DNA of 64,000 nucleotides from contig NMRA01000080.1 in the NCBI GenBank assembly GCA_002633005.1, forward strand, positions 711,291 to 775,290, in the 5' to 3' direction. Numbering within the stretch: position 1 is the first letter of the stretch; each line of letters begins with the position of its first letter. Shown here piece after piece: positions 11,875 through 25,700 of the stretch. The translations under genes were made by a program, and so were the position numbers. The notes beneath the pieces were generated by a model. It made no database searches, was not told the origin of the DNA, and saw only the letters and a program-made list of their open reading frames with translations. Origin of the DNA: Phoronis australis (taxonomy: Eukaryota > Animalia > Phoronida).

Positions 11875-13639
11875 TTCAATGGGGACTGTTTCAAGCAACT
11901 GGCCATTTAAGTCCCAATTGTATAAAATAAAAGAGCAGGTGTATAAAAGAACAACGAGCATTTATGGGTCGAACAATCATTAGACATATCGTGTAAACTC
12001 GGTCAGTGATCACTGGACTGCCACAAATATTAAATCACAATGCACGTCATTTAATGTCGCGTAACAAAACAACGAACGATATGCAGTAAGCCAGACTAAA
12101 GACTGGCGAGAATACATTCCCACAAATTATTTCAATCTTCACAATTACCATAATTAATACAATAATTAACCAATGGCATAATTCAGTGCATGACTAAGAG
12201 TTAACTTACTACAACGAACACACATACTCAATATGTCCAAAGGAACAAAACGCATTTCATAAAAACTAAATGTCAGACATCCCTCAGCAAAATTAACACG
12301 ATTTTAATTAGAGTTATTTTCATAATTAACAAATGAAGTTAAAATGCGTCAATATCAAACATTAAAACACCGAAAACCATCAACATAGTGTTATATTTTA
12401 TTCTAATACTTATAAATCTAGATCAAACAAATCTTTGCTGATTATATCCTCATCCAAAGGTCGATTATCTTTTAACTTGTACTTTAGTAACATTTAAAAA
12501 TACACGTGAATTAAATACCACTGTTAAATTCGTCGGGGAGGGGGGGGGTTAAACATTACGCCAACTATGCACGAGCTGCATCTGAGACCCTGCTGTCAAA
12601 TCACATAAAAACAATCCTGGTTTATAACGTTACACACTTAAAAAGATTCATTAAAGAAGTCTCGAGCCAACAGCACTGCATTCAAGTCGATTTGATTACA
12701 GAAATCCTTGGTTATGGTACGCCTTTTATAATCATCCCAGGACGATTTGTTGTAAATGCAGTAAGAATATACTTTGGTCTGCACACATTCTTCAAGTCAT
12801 TGTACTGTCATCGATTTACATATAAAAAAATAAACCATTAGCAAGTTACAGTAAAAAATCGTAAAATACTGAAAGAAAAATAATCGCTGAATTTATCATT
12901 TATCAAAGGCTCCTAACCTTTCTGGAAATTCCCAAAATTTACTAAATAATGTTTTGACGGCAGCTCTACCACACCAACCATGCCAACAAGATGGCATTTT
13001 CTTGATAACCATTTTACTTGAGAAACTTAACAAATGACGTTTCATGAGCCTAAGCTATTGGGTCCAGAGCTGATTAGAATTTCCACAGAAGCTGACAAAC
13101 CAACACACTCTCACTACGCATGTCTCCATTACTTGACAAAACTCCGGGTCAATGATGCCTGACATAAATGACGCATGACGATCGGTTACGGGATCCCATT
13201 CTACAACATGGGTTTATTTCCATAACAAAGCAAGATTTCAAGCCCATGCAGGGTCTTTTTGTTCGAGCTCAGAGAAGAGACTTCTTTCAAGCCACCATCG
13301 CTTTCACTTTTTGCCAGCAAATGGTACTTACGGTAAGATGTCGCCAATTTCGAACAAAAATAATTTTCAAAATCGGCCATTTTATTTTTCAAGGGCTTCG
13401 AGCATTGTTGTGCATGCCAACTAAAATTTATGAAAAATAATAAATTTCAGCTGTTGCCATAATGTGCCCTAAATTAGCAAGATTTTACCACGAGTCCTGT
13501 ACACTTGACTTCCAACCACTTTCCACATGCACTTCTCAAAACCTGTAGCTTCGGACAACTTCAACCACTACATGGAGAATGGCAAAATGAGACATAATGA
13601 ATGCAAGATTTTGGCAATAGGCACTGTTGGACGGTGAAA

Positions 13640-13718
13640 CTAGACTTCAGTCATCACTGATGAACTACGACTCACTGTACTCTTGTTGGGGTCTTTATCC
13701 TCATGGTGAAGATCATAC
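13640..13718 (-). CDS. ESYT2: ESYT terminal exon 20
   Basis: (W)[25 protein letters not shown]. Confidence 0.9.
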
Positions 13719-16700
13719 CTACAACAGAGCATGGCAAAATATTCAAAACCAGAACACAAAATCAGGGTACCATTTAGTAGTGTATTGCAATGACTAAGTG
13801 ATGGACAAAGGTGACCCACAGGGCCTATGGGCAAACTGAGTCCCATATTTCCAGTATTTACCTAAAGTGAACATTGCAAGCCTTTCCATAGAGTAACTAA
13901 AGGTTTTAAGAGCACTATAACAAGTTGCAAAGTAACCAAACCAACGGATAACTTTTTGACGTTTTGAGACAACTCATTCCAGCACTAATGATTCCGCAGA
14001 AGTTGCACTTAAATATTACTAAGTTCTTTGAAGAAAAGTATGAAACTCTAAACACTGACTTAACTCCACCTCAGACTCAAAACTCAACCAATCACGGCGC
14101 ATGATTCAAGTACACTCAAACTGTGTCAATGCCAATAGCCAATTTTTGAGGCGAAGTTTCGAATACAGCGCTTAAGACCCAGATCTAAATTACAATAATG
14201 ATAATCATAACAGTTCTATGCACATATCGTCCATACTAAGTGTTAAAAATGGCAATAAAAACCATGGACTTGGCATGTACATACATTTCATTTTCCTTCC
14301 CGGAGAGTGTTTTTAAACACACTTAACAACGAAAAACTTCATTGTCTGCTAATCGTCTTGGCAACAATAGCTCCGTCAGAAGTGGCACAGAACCCAAAAC
14401 ATATTTCATGAAAAATGATCATTAGCACATGACTCACCACTGAGTGACAGCTTTATTTAAATCTATGCTGCAGAGCTCTATTTCCACACGGCCCATTTCA
14501 GTTTTCTCCTTTGAGAAAAACCCTGTCTGGTTTTTGACTGCAAAATCTAATGATCTCTCGACAGCATCCTTCCTGTTGACAGCGAACTCGAACCTGAAAG
14601 CAACACACATCAACATTACAGACGGACAGAAAATGCAATTTGGAATGCACCATAGCAGTGTGCTGTTGCAGGTGTAACCTAAATAATTGTAAAACAATAA
14701 GAAATATCTTCACCAAAGCATTTTACTCATACCTCAGATGGTCTACGATGAACAAAGTGCCGCGTAAATGTTCTATCGTATGGATTTTTCATTTCACTGT
14801 TGTAACGTCTTTGATGCAACTCTTGTAAAAACTGACTCCAGATGATACACAAGCAGTGTGACTACGTGAAAACTGGTGATTAAACGTGGAAAATCGTAGA
14901 GGAGTCGTGAGTTCAACAAAACTTGTATGAAAGAAGGGCTGCTGCCAACATGCATTAGTTCTAACACAGTGTTACATCTTTTTCAAGGATATGGCTCATT
15001 TAAATTAAGGTTTTAATGCATTTCGTTTTCTCTGCTTCATCAAAATGTATCCATGACTAAGAAGCTGAGTATTGAAACTAGTAACATGACCCATCATTTT
15101 CCACTAGTGTCTTCAACATGTTGAAGTTTGAGATATCCGAAGAAGACAAAAGTCACACGTGTCCACACAAAATGACAAAACTCAACTACAGGAAATTTTT
15201 AAGTAGCATCTGGTTATGAGTAACCTTATCAAAAAGTATGAGCATTTTGCCAAATATCTACAAAATTATTACGTAACTCCGTAAAAGCATGTTTTCTAAA
15301 AACAGAAAGCCTGCGGGATTTACTTGTTGAATTTAAACCGGTATGTCTTTCGTAGCGTTACATGATCATGTCTTTTTCATAAATTATAAGCAAAATCCTT
15401 CAGCTTGTGACATTACTACCCATGGCTGACAGGATCTTTGTACTCACGTTTCGTCAAATTCAGGGTTCAGTGTGTTCTTCGAAACTTGCGTTTTCTTCTT
15501 GCCATGCAGAGATTTGTCGGGCAAGAGATAAAGACGAACATACGGGTCAGCCACACCCTCCTCATCCATGGGTGTGAGATAACTTGAAAAAGAAAGATAA
15601 GATTTTTAGAATTGAGCACACAAGCACCAACATCTGCACGGAAACACTTATCACACATGGGTATTGAAAAGGTCAAAGTGCACAAAAATTTAGCTGTGCT
15701 GCAACTTTTGTTGGTCATCACGTTTCCAAAACTCAATCAAGACTTAGCAGAACTGCCTAATGAATAATCTTGAAACGAGTCACAATTTTATGATCTTGCA
15801 ACAGGGAGTGGGTATGGTGATGGAGTCACATGACCTCTAGCATGTGTTCTGTGTATCATCATGTCTATGAATAAGGAGCAGACTACAAGCAAAAGTATAT
15901 ATGACACCTCGCTGTTACATTCTAGTCTAGTCACAGTGATTGTAGAATTCAATATGCGTTCAAAAATAACCTTGAGCAAAAACAAATAAGGCATATTTTC
16001 GATGTATCAAAGACAAGCCAAATTCAAGGTAAGTTTTCTTCTCAACATTGCCTGTTGGTGGAGGACACAAATCTTAAAAACGAAGGCAGTAAAACTTGAC
16101 GACGCACTCATTTGACAACAATTTCGAATCTTACTCATGATTTTGACACACTTCCAGTGTAGAAGTTACTATCTTCTTTGAACACTAAATAGAAAAACAG
16201 TGATTCTTACCGACACTTATGGACAACGACAATAAGCCGACTTCTCTGAGCACTGTACCGTATAGTGACTTGGATTTGACCTAGACCTTCACCTTTGCCC
16301 TCTGACCTACATACATCATGAAAAGTGTTCATTAGAATCCTTTGTGACACACTTTAAAGCAACCACAAACACGCCTTTGGTCGTCAAAAATGACCTTTGA
16401 CCTCTTTCTGCTAAAGAATTGGTCTCACTCTGTTCCTTAGTGTGATGAGGAATGATTTACAGGCTATGGAAGAACTCAGTGATAGTCCAGTGATGCGTGA
16501 GACCATGCATAACCCATGAAAGACACATGGTGTCAATCCAACTTAAAGTGCCTGATCTCAAGCAATAACAAATTGTCAGATCTTTCCATGCCCAGAAATT
16601 CTTTCTAATCCAAGTTAAGATCAGTTTTATAACATCAAATGTCCCAAATAAAAGATACCTTTTTACAGAAGGCGGCTTGTAGCTGCTTTTAAACAATACC

Positions 16701-19700
16701 TCACACTTGCACATCAATTAAAACCACAATCACAAGTTGACCTCTGCCCTCTGACCTATATACACATTCATAGGGGATTCATGGTGGGATATGTACATTG
16801 AACCATGCAACTTATTGTGTTAGTAATTACATGCTTCAACGTACTTAAAAGAACTGGATAACTAGAAAATTAACCAGACAAAATTGCCAAAACCGCCCTA
16901 TACTCAATAAGATAATGAAAAAAACGGGTTAAAAAATGCCTAATCAAGGACATAGAACCACAAAAAGAATGGCTCCATTTTGTGCAACTTCACTAAAACT
17001 TTGAGCAATTACAGTTATGTTGTAAGCCTCTGCAAAACTTATTTAAGGCAGTTTTAGCAAATTCAGTATTTGCAAGTGGAAGTCTCTTTACAACAACCAA
17101 AAACCAAAAACCAAGCAGGATTTCCTTCCAAGCATATGTTCGTTCTTATATAATCCACTTCTGCCTCATATCTTCATTAGGCAACTCTTACGCAAACAGG
17201 ATTTGCACGCAAGTGGATGAGAAAGCTTGTACTGTTCACCCCAGAGTATCCAGAGAATTCCTTGGCACATCAAAGGCTTGATAGTGCCATAACAGGTTGA
17301 AGTGAGTTAGTCGCTATTCCTGGGCTTGGTCAAAGGTGTATTGGATGAGATAACTGCAGTAATTTTGTAAACCAACGCGCCTGTTTAGCATACGGGTTTC
17401 AAAGTCAAAAAACAAACGATATAGTAACTGCCACCAGTCCATTCTCACCCAACTTGTGATGTTGTTGTCCTTTTTCTTAATTCCTGACCCACTTTCTCTA
17501 GCATTGTGGGGGTGTTAGATCCCGAATCGGATTCAATGTTTTCAACAGGCACCTTGTCAATTCCATTATCTGAAAACGAAATTTCACAACAAATAAACCA
17601 ATATGAATCAAATCAAAGGCAATGCATAACCATGCATAGTAGACAGAACACCAGAATCTAGGTGAAGATGAAGAAGGTGATTTATAGGCTCATATCCAAC
17701 TGACTGGATTGAAATGAATATATTGCTTATTACAACTGACTTATAATGCACAGTAAGCCAACATTTGAACTGCCCTCTCAAACTCTAATCAACTCTCAAC
17801 AAATTTCTCAGCATAAATCACATAACATAGCTTAACAGTGTCTGGAACAAAATGCCAACTTGCGGTGTGATAGTTGTGGTCACAACAACATGTATGATGT
17901 GATCACAATCACATGTTAGACGTGACCATAATAACATGTTAGACATGATCACAATAACAGGTTAAATGTGACCACAGTAACAGGTTAAATGTGATCACAG
18001 TAACAGGTTAAATGTGATCACAATAACAGGTTAAATGTGATCACAATAACAGGTTAAATGTGATCATAATGACAGATTAGACTTGATCACAATGACAGGT
18101 TAGATGTGATCACAATATCAGGTTAGACATGATCACAATAACATTAAGACGTGATCACAACAAACACAAAAAGAACACATAGCTGCAAACACAATGTCAA
18201 ACCATAGACAAATACAAATTCTTCAAGTAGGGGGAATAACTTGTCACTAAACCAGCCATTTTCTATTCTTCACAAAACTCACTACAATACCAATAAGTGT
18301 GTGTTCAAATTATAATCTGCAGATATCAGTAACGAAATTTGAAATAGCAGAAGCAACCAATGCACAATTATGTACAATTACGAGAGCTAACTCTGCACAT
18401 TAAAAACCCTCTACAATGAGAATGAAAGCCTTGAACGCAGCTTTCAATTTTGACAGATTAGTCAAGAATTTGGTAACAGGAATATTACAAAGCATAACAA
18501 AATGCTCAATTTTTATAACTTTTTATTTTTAATAGGACAAACCTATGCCATAATATGTATAGAACAGTGTGATATCAAACACTTTCTTAGAAAGACACAG
18601 TTTGTGACATTAGTTTTTATAGAAAATTTCTGGGAATTAAAAGAATCTTTGTTTTCATCATGTGATCTAAGAATTCCACCTCATTAAACCCTTAAGACGC
18701 TTTCTGGTACCTGAAAAAGTCACAAAGTTACATGACTACTACGTTTCGCCCACCACGAAAATGCGCAAATCTAATGATGACTGATTTATAGCAAAATCTC
18801 ATCAAATTTAGATAAAAACAATAGCCAAACCTGCTACGTTTATGTTGCAAATATTAACAGTTTCTCAAAACATTGTTTGAAGCGGTAGATATAACCAGAA
18901 CATAAAACAGAAAAACATTTATTTTATGCGACTTATCTGTTACGAATAAATGACAATATCACTTGTCTGCCATATTTTGTTCTAAACTGGTGAGATTTTC
19001 CTAATACTAAATCTGATAATATGTTAAAGATACTTGTCCTGCATCTTTACAGTTAAAAAAATTCATGAACTTGGACAGTAAAGCAAACTTATTCCAAAAT
19101 AATGCTCTTCCATCAAAATAACCAACATGGCATTTTCAAAATTCATTTTTTGAATGTCTGGTCGATCACTGACAAAATGGCCGCCACAGTTAAACAGCAA
19201 CAAACTTCACTTTTTTAGGACTTGTGAGTAAAAAGCGTAAATGTAAGCAGGACACTGCAATTTAAGAAAAGAAATCCGATTTAGGTTATGGCTCTTGACT
19301 GATGAGGCTCTTCGTTTGTTCTAAATTCAATTGGTGAAAACGATGGAAAGAGTACCTTTAATAATATCGAACAACTCGAGGTCTTCTAATTAACCAAGAA
19401 CCAGTTGCATATGACGATGAGTACAACAAACCCAGAAACACGGACTGAACTACAGGAATTCTTCAGTTATAAATTTTGCATAACAAAATTGTCACTTTTG
19501 AATACTTCAAAAGTCGATTTCGTCGCCACAAAAATTGTGCCAAGTGTTGTTTTATGACACCTGTAAAGCAGGTACGAATGATTAAGTATACTGTACTTAA
19601 TCATTTTTCTTGAGAAACTTGTTAAAATAAAACATCACAATGCCTGACACATTGTGTAGTGAACAAGTGAAGAATTGCCGGGGATTCAAAATTTTGGTCA

Positions 19701-22700
19701 TTAAATTCAAGATTTTCTGAACAATTTGACAGTCAGGTCAATTTCAATGCAACAGTTTTCAGATTCATTCTCAAACTAAGAATTGCCTGTTTTCCGTAAA
19801 AAAATTCGTCTATCCGTCATTTACACTTTGAGGAATCATCATAAAAATTTGAAGCTCAGATTGCTGATGGGAACAGCAGACCCTCTGAATTTGAACAATC
19901 GACCACAAATGCGAAGTGTGGATGAGAAATGGAAAGATAGGGTTGTCGAAGTATAGCCACTGCTTGATCACTACCATGTTAGTAAGACTTGCAGTGTATA
20001 TATGAGTTTTAAGTGGACATTGTTGGCAATACTATATAGCAACTGTGTCATATGCAATTTGAACTGAACAACTTTTGGGGCTGGACGTATTTTTTCACAT
20101 TAAACTTCAGTTTCGATCTTTAGTACTTTGACAGCAAAGTGAATAGAATTTCATTGTTTGACACGTGACACACACGACACAAAATTTCTGAGAAAAATTT
20201 TTTGAGATTGCACCAGAACACAAAAGGTCCATGCATCCAATCACAAAACCGTCCTTCCCAATTCTTATCTGTCATTCCTATTCTTGCATCCGTCCTTCCC
20301 ATCAGCTGTCTGAGCTTCGTATTAGATAATCCAAACTTCCACACGTGCATTACATTTATTTGTCATGACAAATTATAAGATTGCACATTGTAAATTAACG
20401 TAGTTAACTTACCAAGAACAGCATCCACCAAGTCAACGGGTTTACCACCAGAGGGTGCTGTGTCATTAGAGGTCGGCTGAGATTCATTATGACTGGTTGA
20501 TGGTCGAGGTGAAGGTTCACTTACAGTGCTCATGATTGGTGAACTATCTGCATCGACTTCAGAGGTCAGTATCTGGAAGAAGCCATTGTTATTACTAATT
20601 CAGGGAATAGACACGAAGAGACTAAAATACTAAACAAATTATATAATAATATAAAGTCACTTTATATAACAACAAAGGATAACATAAGGAAATTGCACAA
20701 AGGATGTAATTACTAATAATAACATTTTCAGAACACTCGTCTTGAAAGAGAATAGAGTTCAAGATATCCACGGTGTAGTCAAGGTAAAGTAAATTTTACA
20801 AAATAAAAACAGATGCATGTATCATTCTGGAAGTCCGTAAAAAAGATTGGCTACCTGGGACCATCTATCATTCCAAAATTGGGTTACCGTATGAGCTGCA
20901 CAGATGATGACAAAGTAAATTCAGTTAAGAATTCAACAAAATGAACTAAAACCTTTCTGCCATATCAAGTATAGGTAACCCATTTACTGCTCTTCATGCG
21001 CATATCCAGACAAACTACCGGGAGCACAGTACGTCACATGGATTGGAATTCAAGGTGAACGGAGGATGCAAAACTTCTCCTAACTTGACATTAAAGACAC
21101 AAGCAAGATAAACGGTGAAAGACTATGGTAAAATCTCACCAATTTCAGACAAAAATAATTGCCAAAATCACCATTTTTTGTTTTTCAATGCCTTCTGACA
21201 TTGTTAGGAATGCTCACAATTTTCAAAATATTTTCTGATGGTAGATGTGGTACACAACTTGAACATGGTAAAGCATTAATTTGATTCCACATGAAAAACG
21301 ATAAGATAATAACATTTCACTTGTCTGCCAAATTACCACAGTGACTTGAACTGGCGCGATTTTACAATAATTGTTCTCTTCAAACAACGCCATCTGTAGG
21401 CACTTACCCTCAGACACAGTCGGACGACAACCTTGCTCTGTGGCCCAGCATGTTTCAGTGCAACAGGCTCATAAATACACATGGATGGCTCGGCTAGTAA
21501 CTGGCTTATGGACATGGTACACCAGCCTAGCTTCTTGTCTTGCTTGGAATCACACACCTGAGGGCATTACAGTTTGCCAAGCATGATTAATTACGATCAT
21601 TTCACCTAGTCAGAAACAGTGGCAAACAGCTCAGGCCTAATTTACAAAAGCTTTAAAATAAATCTAAAATTTCAAGAAAATAACCTGTACACTGTTTTCA
21701 ACAACAGAAATTAAAACGGTATGGTATTTGATTTTTAGAAATCGACGGACTGTTAACTGAAATCTCAACGACTTTAAATGGCATTCGACAGACTTTGACT
21801 TGCCAAGTGCTGTTACATTTTCCACTTCATTAGTGTAGGATGTCCGCATAAAATAGACAGGTTCAATAGGCAGAGCAAATGTGCCTGGATTTTAAGAAAG
21901 TTCTGTGATAAAGGGTTGCAATAGTAGACAACCTGGTCACGTTTATCGTTACCACAATTTAGCAGCGATGAAGGGAAACCGTATTGATTTCGTCATGCAC
22001 TGAGCACAAACCTGTAATTCTAGATTCTCTAGCGTGGGACTGTGGATGAGGAACTGAAAGTTTTGCTCCCATCGTGGGTTGGCCGTATTAGCTTCCACAC
22101 GACTGGTCAGCTCCGTGTTGCCCACTGCCAGCTTACAGTAAGGGCTTGGCTCCGAGGTCAGTGACCGGCGGTGACTCTGCAAACAGAACAAACAGCGATG
22201 AGCACTGAGCGGGTCCTGTTAAATGGCCGCTTCATGGAATACCACAGCAGTAATTACGTAATTACCCATAATACTGTGCGTCTTTAAGGCCTTCAACCAC
22301 AGAGTGGATTTGCAGACATCAAAACCTTTGAAAAGTCAGGTGTAACAAATCTCTCTTACCTGGCATAGAAGTGTGTCAGCAGCCACACACTTCAAAAATT
22401 AGATGAAAAGTTCAACGCTATTTTATACCTAGTACATACAAGAAAGGAGTTAAATTCAGGATGTCAGAGTTGCTAATTATTTTTTCATGGACTCCAAAGG
22501 ACTTTGAAGACTTGCTTGCAATAAAGTATGCATATTTTACCCCCTTAGTATGAGGTGGCAATGTGCCCCCACATCTAGAGAGTGTGGGTTCAAATATCGC
22601 TTGACCCCACTGTTAGACCCTTGAGTAAAGGAGCTTGCTCCGTTACACACTTGCCTATTATTGTAGTAGTGTTGTAACATAGTATTGGAGATCACAGAAA

Positions 22701-25700
22701 TTGTGACGTCATAAATAGTAACTGTAAAATAGCAAGACAGGGTATTAGAATTGAGGGGAATGCATTGTGGGATTGTTGTGAGATCGTAAACATCTGGTGA
22801 CATCACAGATCACTTGATGATGTGTAAATAATATGATGTAAAACACTTGTTGCTTGTATAGTGAAGAATTGAAAATGCGGGTTGACTACAACTTCCTTTT
22901 CGTGACAGAGAGACAAAGCAACCATCATAGAAAAATAACAAATTGAAAGCGAACTTCAAAATGCATAGATCAGCAAATCTTTGGTGCGAAAGATTCTAAA
23001 GGCACAAACTATCTCATCACCTGTAGCCAAGTAATACACATCAACTACTTGTGAATCAGGTTACTTTCGTTGGTGGTAGACATGGTACACACCTTGAACA
23101 TGTAAAACCATTATTTCATTACTACATGTCTTTCATCAAAAAAATCAAAAAATAAAAATTTTTGCGGGTCTGCCATAATGTGTCCTAAATGAATGAGATT
23201 TTACTGTACCATTATTGTAAGTCACGTTCAACAAAACTATGAATAGGGTTTTAACGTCTGATTTAGCGCAGACTCTGCAGTGAAACATTTCACCATTTAA
23301 ACCTAGAGTCCAACTCAACTAATGGTCAAGTTTTAGCAAAACACTTACAGGTAAGTCACTAGCAGAATCCAGGTAAACCATGAGGAGGGCCGTAGACAGA
23401 GCTTCAGCTGAGTTTAGATGCCTGGCCTGGCTAACACTCTGAAAGAAAAGAATTCTGTATTAACATCACGTGAAAGGTAAAGTTACATAGAGTGCTGTTT
23501 ATGTAAGATGACTATTACAGTGGGACATTCTGTTTCAAACAACGGTGAGTGTCTAATGTTCTGATTTGACTTTGTGGTCCTCCAGTCATGAAATAAGGAA
23601 AATTAACATATTTTACTTATTATAATCATATGATAATGAGGTCATGGGTGTTACTTTTGACGTATGATGAAGAATCAGTTTCATTCGGAGTTTGTCTCAT
23701 TTTGAACCTGTCCATTTTTGATCTGCCGGCGCCACCTCAACTCTAACAAAGGCTGAACCATTTGTTTGGCGCCAGGGTAGGTTCGAGTGAACCAAACAGC
23801 TCGAGCAATAATCCACCAGCGATTATTCCAGGAAAATTAGGGTGATTCAAAATGGTAATAAAGGCTTTATAAAAACAATTAAGCTAAATCATGTACATAT
23901 CTTGTACTATCCGTCATTATTGAAAGACGAACATTTTAAATTACCATTGGGAACCAAGATACTTCCACAAGGAGTGGACTTTCAAACTCAAAGGTTTTGA
24001 AATTTGTAATTGATAAGGAATTCAATTAAGAAACTGTAAGATTTCCCACTCCCTTAATGCAATAAGTTAAAAATTAAATGAAATTTAATAATGTACTTAC
24101 AGAGAAACATCAGACAAATGCCACAACCAAACAATAAAGCACACAAATAACAAATAAATAAAGTGCAAAAAAATCCCCTGTAAGAGAAACTACACAATGA
24201 TTTTATCTTTAATAACATATGTGCAGTAATAAAAACCCTAGAAACTATTTTCATCACAATTTCAAATGTTTTTCAATCGATTTGAATATATAAAACAAAC
24301 CAAAACAAGCCTTGTGTATAAAACACAGAAATGTCACACAGCTAGTTACTCTTCTCTGCAATTTCTCACAATTTCTCACAATTTCTAAAATCTTAATTGC
24401 AAATGTATAGATTTAGTAGAATCCTACACATTTACCCAACTCGTAGGACAGTACATAACACAGCGGTTATGTTATGTTATGTTAACAGTGAGAAGTTACT
24501 TTGCATCACCATGCAGTCTTCACTGGTCAGAAAATGTCAGTAGCCCTGTTGGGAAAGCAAGATATATTGATCTACTGAGACTAATATCTCAATATCTTCC
24601 TTATGAGAGTCAATGAAGTGAAATTTTCAAATTCTTGCACCAACACTGTCTGTTCTACTCATTGTCCCACCATTTATTGCCGGCTTACTTTCTTAATTCA
24701 GTTTACTTTCTTTATCAATGGGGATCTAGTCTTGGTCAAATTTGTATTTCAAATAGTTAGCTGGCTGGCTATGAGGACCGCACTTCAAATAAGTCTTGGA
24801 CTCGCCTGTGATATATGTCCATTTTATCCTCACCAAATAAAGTTTGTTGTTGCTGTTATTGTTGTTTTGTTGTTGTTTTTGTTACTGTTAATATTACTAC
24901 ACTTATTCCTTTGCACTACAAACTCTGGCAGACTGCTGAGCATTGCACTAATTGTATCTGTCTCTTGATGCTCTGTCTAGCAGGTGTGAAAGGGAGGGAA
25001 TGTGGTGTGAGTATATCGAGGGCTTTCATGGGAAGCAGTGCTCAGTGCAGACGAGGTTACCCTCATCATTCAAAATTAGTTTAGAACAGTGAACAGTTCT
25101 AGGAAAGGTTATTCTTGCAGTTTCAGTCATGCCAGAACAGTGGACCATAGAATATTCTACAAAATAAATATATTTTTGTAAAAAAAACACTTCAAAATAA
25201 CCCCATGCTAAAATAACAACAAACCACCTCATTGTAAGACGGGATTTTGTTTTGGTGACAAATCTTAGACTAATCAGAAAGTACAAATCTTGTTTCTCAC
25301 AAGACAAACGGGGCACTAATAAATTTGATTATTCAGAAAGAACTCTATTTTAAATATACAGAAGCACAAACCGCAACATGTTTAGCTAACCATCATGCAC
25401 CTACAAGAGACATGCAGCAGACAAACGTGTTGGCGATCAACGGCGTGTCATCAATGGATATCACAACTCTACACTGCTCACAAAAGGTAACTTTTAGTTT
25501 TGCATCACACCAATCAACTTACAGTACACGTAAAAACAATCAGACAAAATGACCCAGAATTCTGTTGTGATTGTTGGGCATAGACAGAGTTCCTCATCAA
25601 GACGGCCGAGTGCTGGCAGAATTTACAATCAGAATATTTAGAATGACACGTCACGATGGAGACAATTTGTCTGATTGTACTTAGCATATACTGTGTCTTG

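Noticed and set aside
17874-18160. CRISPR-like look of repeats with an internal palindrome
   Set aside because: Units are contiguous with no unique spacers, there are no cas genes and the context is a eukaryotic intron; it is a minisatellite
24603-25084. Hydrophobic 121-aa ORF resembling a membrane protein
   Set aside because: Arises from (gtt)n/T-rich low-complexity intron sequence; no splice or homology support
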